A DNA stretch of 64,000 nt from Geosiphon pyriformis uo1. Lineage: Eukaryota > Fungi > Glomeromycota. Below are positions 56,738 to 64,000 of this stretch, one piece after another (positions within the stretch are counted from its first letter, which is position 1; the number at the start of each line of letters is the position of its first letter). A program made the translations under genes and the position numbers. The stretch is from NCBI GenBank assembly GCA_016748015.1, contig JAAOMT010000400.1, forward strand, positions 124,001 through 188,000. Direction: 5' to 3'. Below the pieces are notes generated by a model that worked only from the letters and a program-made list of their open reading frames with translations, was not told the DNA's origin and did not search any database.

Positions 56738-57382
56738 TCATATATCTTTGTAAATAAGTTGATAATTGGGAATACGATTTTTCTCAATCGGACATTCCAC
56801 GATTGGTTTGCCACGCACCGCGCCACGATAAACTACCTCCACAAGGTCTATGAAATCTTGTTTAGTTACGAATGCACCAATAAATTTTGTGTGATCAGGT
56901 GTTCTTTTTGATCCGTCAGAATATTCAGATAATGGGTGGAAAAAAGAAAATTATTTTTGGCAAAATGAAGTGACGGATTTTCAATTTTCAAACTGTCACT
57001 TATTAAAAATATTTACCCGTAATCAACCTTCATGTGTTGCGCATTAAAAAAGAATATGGTTGCAGGAATCAAAGAAATGTCAAAATAACGAATGTAATCC
57101 GGCACAGTATCAACTTCTACTGTATATATGACAGCCATTCTGGCAAGTTCTGGGGCAGCTTTAGACAACTATTAAATTATCATTTACAAAAAGCTCTTAT
57201 CCTTTCAAAGTTCCCGAAAATAGCTCGATTTTTGATTCATTAAACAGTACCACATGATCCAGTTCAAGACAAACTACATCATTCGCACGTCCAAATCTTA
57301 GGACCACAACCAATTCCTCAGTGTTACGAATGATTGCGTCAATTTCTGATTTTGTGGTAAGTGTAGGTAAGAGAAAACTCAT
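56738..57382 (-). CDS. TXNL4B: Thioredoxin-like spliceosomal protein TXNL4B/Dim2; 3 exons
   Basis: Spliced product [75 protein letters not shown]. The KVDYGxPDHTK motif is typical of TXNL4B rather than Dim1/TXNL4A (MIDLGTGNNNK). Confidence 0.9.
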
Positions 57383-58187
57383 TGAGAAAAAAAATGTTTC
57401 TGGTTCACTTGCGAAAAGATCATCTTTTTGATTCATTAAAGCCGAAAGGCCAATCACTGATTGATTGATAATTCAATGCCTCGGATCTTTTCGAAATAAC
57501 CTATAATAAATAATAGTTATTTAAAAGTTTCAAGTTTTTTTAAATTTAAATAATTCTTGAAATAAGATATATATAAAATTCTTGTATATTTATTTAAACC
57601 AATAAGTTGTTAAATGGAACATGCTGCAACAAAACCAGACAAAATAAACATATAACATCATCCATAATTATTTCTTATGAATTAATTTTTTTTCAACATT
57701 AAAAATACCATCAATGTTATTAATGTCATATAACACTTTGAACCAATGACTTTTGATTATAACTATTGATTGAATATTAATTTTCTTATTTTCTTTTCTT
57801 TTATTTTTCTTTATTTTTTCTTTCTTTGTTTTTATTTAAAATTAACTTACTAAACAAAAATAGCACTGAAATTAATGTTAAGATAAAATTTATTAGCAGT
57901 TTGAATAACTTTTTAGAAAATTTTTATAAAACCAGATTTTACAATTATATATTAGATTAGATAAACAATTATTATTAAATGTTTATTAATCTAATATTTA
58001 AATAAAATATGTTTTTTTTGAAATTATTAAATAATTTTAAATTTGGTTTTTTATAATTATTATAAAAATTTTTTAATAATATTGTTAAAATTTATAACTT
58101 AATATATTAAACCAATATAAAACGATAGCAAAAGATCATTCAATATAAATCTTCAAGTAAATAGTACCAGTCAAAAAGGCACAGCAC

Positions 58188-59349
58188 TTACTGTTCCTCA
58201 CTACACTGCATTCCAAAATTAACTAAGGCATCCTCTATTACTTTCACTGTAGATAGTCGCCATTTTTGACCATCCTGCATGCCTTCGAAAGCCTTCACGA
58301 AGAGATTTCCTCGTACCGGCTTCACAGTCTCTAAATTTGTCGCAAGAGCCAATTCTCCTGATGTCGTAATTCCTTGACGTGACTCCCTCTCTTTCTTTGC
58401 CTTAACGACAGTTTTGCATGGAGACAAACTGCCAAAGTCACTTTCGGTATCGCTGGAATCGGACATCTCAACCTCAACCTCATCCACTTCGCTCAGCTAA
58501 ATATCAAAGATAGGAAAACAAAGCAAGTTGTAGTGAGGTGCATTTAATTTCTGAATTATAATAAGGACATTCTCACCTTTTAGTCGATGTACACGTAGAT
58601 GTCTCATCTTCGTCGATTTTCCGCTTTCTATTCTGTGATGCATAGAATAAAAGGTAATTGTAACTAACAAGTATTGAAAGCCATCATTAAGGGAAACAAA
58701 GTATTGTAAACAGACTTGAGGATTTACCTTTTCTTGATCTCCTTGGCTTTCGGCGGATGGTCTAATTGAGAAAGTTCCATCATTGATGGTTCCATTTATA
58801 GCCCCATTTACCCCCCCCCCCCCCGCTCATGAATGTTGGACGATGGAGATGAATCAAGGATTCCCCAATCGTTGTACGCTTCTCTCGCCACGATTTTGCC
58901 TCTTTACGATCTGGTTGAGTTCCCTTAAAACATGGAAACTCAGGAAATTAGTAGAAGTTTCAATTAACACACGCAACTATCTATCACTTTCCCATCCCGC
59001 CAGGTCGGCCAGCAGCCTTGAACGTTTGATTACCCAGAAGGTTATCCAGGCCCTAGCACCGGCTTCGTGGCTCGGCCAGCAGCCTTGAATGAACAAGAAC
59101 CCAGCAGGTTCCTGCCACGCCGCCAATTTTTTTGTCTGCTATCGCGATAAAAAAATCGAATACCTTCTTCTCTATATCTAGTTAATAGTTCCTGGCTTTC
59201 TTCCGCCTGTAGCCTTTTTCATGACTGGAGATCTCCTCGAGACAGCAAATGTAAGAGTCTATCTTCCTCTGGAACGGTTCCAAGGTGCATTCATTGAGAA
59301 ACTCTAGAATGTTCCATTTCGAGGGTTTGCGTTTGAAATGGTCTTCCAT
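58188..59349 (-). pseudogene. Frameshifted, 3'-truncated multi-exon gene of a Mucoromycota/Glomeromycota-expanded hypothetical family
   Basis: Exon 1 MEDHFKRKPSKWNILEFLNECTLEPFQRKID has an apparent 1-nt loss near 59195. Later exons end KWRLSTVKVIEDALVNFGMQCSEE at a GTAAG donor, and no further exon is visible before AT-rich DNA starts at ~58120. Confidence 0.6.
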
Positions 59350-60408
59350 TCTGTTACGGGAAAAAAAGCGGGTAAGTCATTATCGCGATCGTGTGCCAAA
59401 GGATACATACTAGAGACCCGGCCAGAACAGCAAGAGAGAAGAGCTTGATTTCAATGCCTGAAGGACGATGATTTTTTTCAAATTTTTTTTCTGCTGACTA
59501 TTTATGTATGACTCAATCATCATATTGGGGTCTTATTAATTAAATCTTAATTAAAAATATCCAGAATTAATTAAATCACGGTTAAAAATTTAAAAATTAC
59601 CAAAATACATTTTTAAATAAGTTATTATTAAAAATTATGATTTGTATCATATTATTAACAAACAAATAAATTATTATTTAATTTAATATATAATAAAATT
59701 ATTGTTTTAACATTTTTAACATAATTAATAATTGTAAAATCTTACAACAAAAAACATAATTTAAACAAAAACATAAATCTTAATATTAATTCAAAAATTT
59801 ATAGTATAAATTAATTTTAAAGTTTTATTGTTTAAAATGGCTACACCTTCAACAAATAAATAAAAAAATTATTAATTGATATACAAATACAATTAAACTT
59901 TTTAATTGATTATTAAAATATATTTTTTTACTGCAGGCCTCTCAAGTATCTGTTATAAAACCATCAGTTAAAGTAAATTAAATAATCGATGATATATTTA
60001 ACTTTTGAAAATGGTGCATTTACAGTGTATTTCGCATTTTTTTCGTTTAAAGAAACCGGAATATTCGAAGTTAGGATTTTGAAACCAACTAATCATTAAA
60101 GTTTCTCTAAAATGAACTACAGGTGTTAAATTTTAACCTTAATAATGTGAGTAATTTATCCAATGATACATCACTGCATGCCATCACAAAATTTATAAAG
60201 GGATATGTTTTAATCTAATGGTAAAACTTTTTGAGTTTTAGAAAAAAATGACCAGTATGAATTTTTATTTACATAAGGCCTAGAACTAATTATAGAAAAG
60301 TGCAGTGAGATTAAAAGGGAAGGATGAATAAAAATGCAATTAATAATTGATCTAAACGGGGAAAGGAAATCTACAGTGTGATGTTGCAAAAGGGGAAATT
60401 ATTTCTCT

Positions 60409-63213
60409 TTAAGAAACTATTGAGGACTTGTTGCTGTTTCCATTATTTGATCCGTTGCCACTGCCAATGTTACCATTGCCATTGCCGGAGCCGTTACCAC
60501 TACCAGTGTTACCATTGCCATTGGCAGATCCGTTACCATTGCCAGTGTTACCGTTACCGTTATTTGATCCGTTACCATTGCCAGTGTTACCATTGCCATT
60601 GCCGGAGCCGTTACCACTACCGGTGTTACCATTTCCACTATTAGATCCATTGCCACTACCTTTGTTTCCATTTCCATTATTGGAGCCATTTCCATTACCG
60701 GTGTTTCCATTACCATTTCCGGATCCGTTACCACTACCGGTGTTGCCGTTTCCACTATTAGATCCATTGCCACTACCTTTGTTTCCGTTTCCATTATTAG
60801 AGCCGTTTCCATTACCGGTGTTTCCATTTCCATTGCCCGATCCGTTACCGTTACCAGTGTTTCCGTTTCCATTATTTGATCCATTTCCATTGCCAGTGTT
60901 ACCATTGCCATTGCCAGAGCCATTGCCACTGCCAGTGTTTTTGTTTCCATTGGCAGATCCATTGTTACTACCAACATTAGCATTGCCGTTGGCGGATCCA
61001 TTACCACTACCTACATTAGCGTTGCCATTGGCGGATCCATTGCCACTACCAGTGTTTTTGTTTCCGTTGGCAGATCCATTGTTACTACCAACATTAGCAT
61101 TGCCGTTTGCGGATCCATTGCCACTGCCAGTGTTACCGTTACCATTGGCGGATCCATTACCACTACCTACATTAGCATTGCCATTGAGGGATCCATTGCC
61201 ACTGCCAGTGTTACCGTTACCATTGGCGGATCCATTACCACTACCAACATTAGCGTTGCCATTGGCGGATCCATTGCCACTACCAGTGTTTTTGTTTCCA
61301 TTGGCAGATCCATTGTTACTACCAACATTAGCATTGCCATTGGCGGATCCATTACCACTACCTACATTAGCGTTGCCATTGGCGGATCCATTGCCACTAC
61401 CAGTGTTTTTGTTTCCGTTGGCAGATCCATTATTACTACCTACATTAGCATTGCCGTTTGCAGATCCATTATTACTACCTACATTAGCATTGCCATTGAG
61501 GGATCCATTGTTACTACCAACATTAGCATTGCCATTGGCGGATCCATTACCACTACCTACATTAGCGTTGCCATTGGCGGATCCATTGCCACTGCCAGTG
61601 TTACCGTTACCATTGGCGGATCCATTACCACTACCAACATTAGCGTTGCCATTGGCAGATCCATTATTACTACCTACATTAGCATTGCCGTTTGCAGATC
61701 CATTATTACTACCTACATTAGCATTGCCGTTTGCGGATCCATTATTACTACCAACATTAGCGTTGCCATTTGCGGATCCATTGCCACTACCAGTGTTTTT
61801 GTTTCCATTGGCAGATCCATTATTACTACCTACATTAGCATTGCCATTGAGGGATCCATTGCCACTGCCAGTGTTACCGTTACCATTGGCGGATCCATTA
61901 CCACTACCAACATTAGCGTTGCCATTGGCGGATCCATTGCCACTACCAGTGTTTTTGTTTCCATTGGCAGATCCATTATTACTACCAACATTAGCATTGC
62001 CATTGAGGGATCCATTACCACTACCTACATTAGCGTTGCCATTGGCGGATCCATTGCCACTACCAGTGTTTTTGTTTCCGTTGGCAGATCCATTATTACT
62101 GCCTACATTAGCATTGCCATTGGCGGATCCGTTACCACTGCCCGTGTTACCATTTCCATTGGCGGATCCATTGCCACTACCTTTGTTTCCGTTTCCATTA
62201 TTAGAGCCGTTTCCATTACCGGTGTTTCCATTACCATTTCCGGATCCGTTACCACTACCGGTGTTGCCATTTCCACTATTAGATCCGTTGCCACTACCTT
62301 TGTTTCCGTTTCCATTATTGGATCCGTTCCCACTACCAATGTTCCCGTTTCCATTATTAGAACCGTTTCCATTACCGGTGTTTCCATTACCGTTGTTTGA
62401 TCCGTTCCCACTAGCACTCTCAGTTTTTCCGTTATTAGTCCAGGTGGTGGCCCAGTCATAATTCCAATTTGTACCAGAATCAGAACTCCATTTATTTGCA
62501 TTATTCCAATTGTAGTTATAGTTATAGTCATAGCCGTTTTTGTTGGCTCCCGTGTTACCATTTCCATTGGCGGATCCATTGCCACTACCAGTGTTTTTGT
62601 TTCCGTTGCCAGATCCATTATTACTGCCCGTGTTACCATTTCCATTGGCGGATCCATTGCCACTACCTTTGTTTCCGTTTCCATTATTAGAGCCGTTTCC
62701 ATTACCGGTGTTTCCATTACCATTGCCGGATCCGTTACCACTACCGGTGTTGCCGTTTCCACTATTAGATCCATTGCCACTACCTTTGTTTCCGTTTCCA
62801 TTATTAGAGCCGTTTCCATTACCGGTGTTTCCATTACCATTTCCGGATCCGTTACCACTACCGGTGTTGCCGTTTCCATTACCGGAACCATTGCCATTGC
62901 CGGTGTTACCGTTTCCGTTATTAGATCCGTTGCCATTGCCGGTGTTTCCATTTCCATTACCAGATCCGTTGCCACTACCAGTATTTCCATTACCGTTGTT
63001 TGATCCGTTACCACTACCAACGTTACCGTTTCCATTATTAGAACCGTTGCCACTGCCGATATTTCCGTTACCATTGTTTGATCCGTTGCCGCTAGCAGGC
63101 AATGTTGCTATTGATGTTCTCTTGTCCAATGGTCGAGCATCAGCCGACCTAATTGCAAGGATTGCAACTGCTATGCACGAAAAGGCATGCAGGGCTATAA
63201 ATTTTTTCGTCAT
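60409..63213 (-). CDS. Secreted 934-aa Gly/Asn/Ser-rich protein with about 65 tandem 13-aa repeats
   Basis: Hydrophobic signal peptide ending ..SADA, then a KR (Kex2-type) site. Repeat consensus (G/N)NGSxNGNxNxG(S/N). Uninterrupted ORF with synonymous variation between units. Confidence 0.9.
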   Translation of the reverse strand: MTKKFIALHAFSCIAVAILAIRSADARPLDKRTSIATLPASGNGSNNGNGNIGSGNGSNNGNGNVGSGNGSNNGNGNTGSGNGSGNGNGNTGNGNGSNNGNGNTGNGNGSGNGNGNTGSGNGSGNGNGNTGNGNGSNNGNGNKGSGNGSNSGNGNTGSGNGSGNGNGNTGNGNGSNNGNGNKGSGNGSANGNGNTGSNNGSGNGNKNTGSGNGSANGNGNTGANKNGYDYNYNYNWNNANKWSSDSGTNWNYDWATTWTNNGKTESASGNGSNNGNGNTGNGNGSNNGNGNIGSGNGSNNGNGNKGSGNGSNSGNGNTGSGNGSGNGNGNTGNGNGSNNGNGNKGSGNGSANGNGNTGSGNGSANGNANVGSNNGSANGNKNTGSGNGSANGNANVGSGNGSLNGNANVGSNNGSANGNKNTGSGNGSANGNANVGSGNGSANGNGNTGSGNGSLNGNANVGSNNGSANGNKNTGSGNGSANGNANVGSNNGSANGNANVGSNNGSANGNANVGSNNGSANGNANVGSGNGSANGNGNTGSGNGSANGNANVGSGNGSANGNANVGSNNGSLNGNANVGSNNGSANGNANVGSNNGSANGNKNTGSGNGSANGNANVGSGNGSANGNANVGSNNGSANGNKNTGSGNGSANGNANVGSGNGSANGNGNTGSGNGSLNGNANVGSGNGSANGNGNTGSGNGSANGNANVGSNNGSANGNKNTGSGNGSANGNANVGSGNGSANGNANVGSNNGSANGNKNTGSGNGSGNGNGNTGNGNGSNNGNGNTGNGNGSGNGNGNTGNGNGSNNGNGNKGSGNGSNSGNGNTGSGNGSGNGNGNTGNGNGSNNGNGNKGSGNGSNSGNGNTGSGNGSGNGNGNTGNGNGSNNGNGNTGNGNGSANGNGNTGSGNGSGNGNGNIGSGNGSNNGNSNKSSIVS
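60421..63090 (-). repeat. 39-bp coding tandem repeat in two blocks (14 units and about 51 units)
   Basis: Strict 39-nt period, interrupted once by a 135-nt unique segment at 62410-62544. Confidence 0.95.
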
Positions 63214-63815
63214 TATTAATTTTGTAAAAAAGTAATACCTCTTATGTGGTTTGGTAAAGATATTGGAAATAACTCCCTCTTTTATAAAAGATCAAATGCC
63301 ATATGGTTCTAAGAAAGTTGGGCTATGACGGCTGTGTGATTTTAAGCGCCCCGAGTGGCTATTCCTCATTTAATAATTTAGATAATGTAATAATTTAGAT
63401 AATGTCATAAATGAGAGGCACAATATTCGATAATAACTGATTTGATAATTTTTGAGCTAAAACGGTTAATTGGATTCTACTTCCTGATTTTTACGGTTAA
63501 CTCTCATTATCCCACCCCACGAAGCCCAAGCTTTTTTACGATCTAATATCCTGATTCAAAAAAAAAAAAAAATTAAAAAATTAAAAATTTACTTTGAGTA
63601 GTTTAATCCACGAGAAAAGTCCACTGTTTTTCTTTAATTTAAGCCCAAGAATATATAACTTAACAGTTATCACAAGGTCACGATAATTGCATAAGTTGTT
63701 TATATAGAGGGACTTTAGGGTAAATTTTCTTCTTCATAGTTGTGTGTGGTTAACCATTTTGTGTGTTAATATTATCAACTAAGGACAATTTCGCTTGAAA
63801 AAATTCAAATTCTTG

Positions 63816-63822
<7 letters not shown>

Positions 63823-63860
<38 letters not shown>
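63823..63860 (+). repeat. Poly-T homopolymer (~38 nt)
   Basis: Direct observation. Confidence 0.95.
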
Positions 63861-63861
<1 letters not shown>

Positions 63862-64000
63862 ATCATTAGTTCACAGCCATTTGCAAAGCCATGAGTTTTG
63901 ATTATAACAGATCGTCTTTTTAAAAACAAATCCAGAATTTATGGCTTTTGATCTTCCAAATAAAAATAGTTTGGCAAGATTTTTTAAATAATTAATTATA

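Noticed and set aside
59351-59410. GTATCCTTT (U12-type donor) in a 5' UTR intron on the minus strand
   Set aside because: A canonical GTATGT donor lies 4 nt upstream and there is no properly spaced TCCTTAAC branch site; cannot be supported without reads.
60428-63235. Long Pro/Leu-rich plus-strand ORFs (677 and 231 aa) and alternative-frame Met/Val/Thr ORFs
   Set aside because: Shadow frames of the 39-bp repeat. Only the 934-aa frame has a signal peptide, unique ends and third-position variation.

Overview
Eukaryotic (fungal) genomic DNA with GT-AG introns. The TE and gene families look like Glomeromycota/Mucoromycota; the retroelement peptides resemble those I associate with Geosiphon-type genomes (inference, no database check). 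The window has two compartments. (1) Positions 1 to ~42.9 kb are a gene-free stack of nested transposons: Ty3/Gypsy elements, at least six solo LTRs with 4-bp TSDs, RNase-H-bearing LINEs, an ORF1-only LINE derivative and a fossil hAT. Copies range from CpG-depleted but readable to almost pure A/T through C>T/G>A transitions, and the nesting order can be read from TSDs. (2) Positions ~43 to 64 kb are a CpG-retaining gene island: a bZIP factor, ERMARD/DUF4209, a Pkr1-domain protein with a long N-terminal extension, a Prr1-like CAMK kinase, TXNL4B/Dim2, a truncated pseudogene, and a 934-aa secreted protein made of about 65 copies of a 13-aa Gly/Asn/Ser repeat with an aromatic insert. The most interesting items are that secreted repeat protein, the RIP-like hypermutation that spares it, the ORF1-only retroposon and the Pkr1 fusion. 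Boundaries inside degenerate TEs are approximate unless a TSD is quoted.
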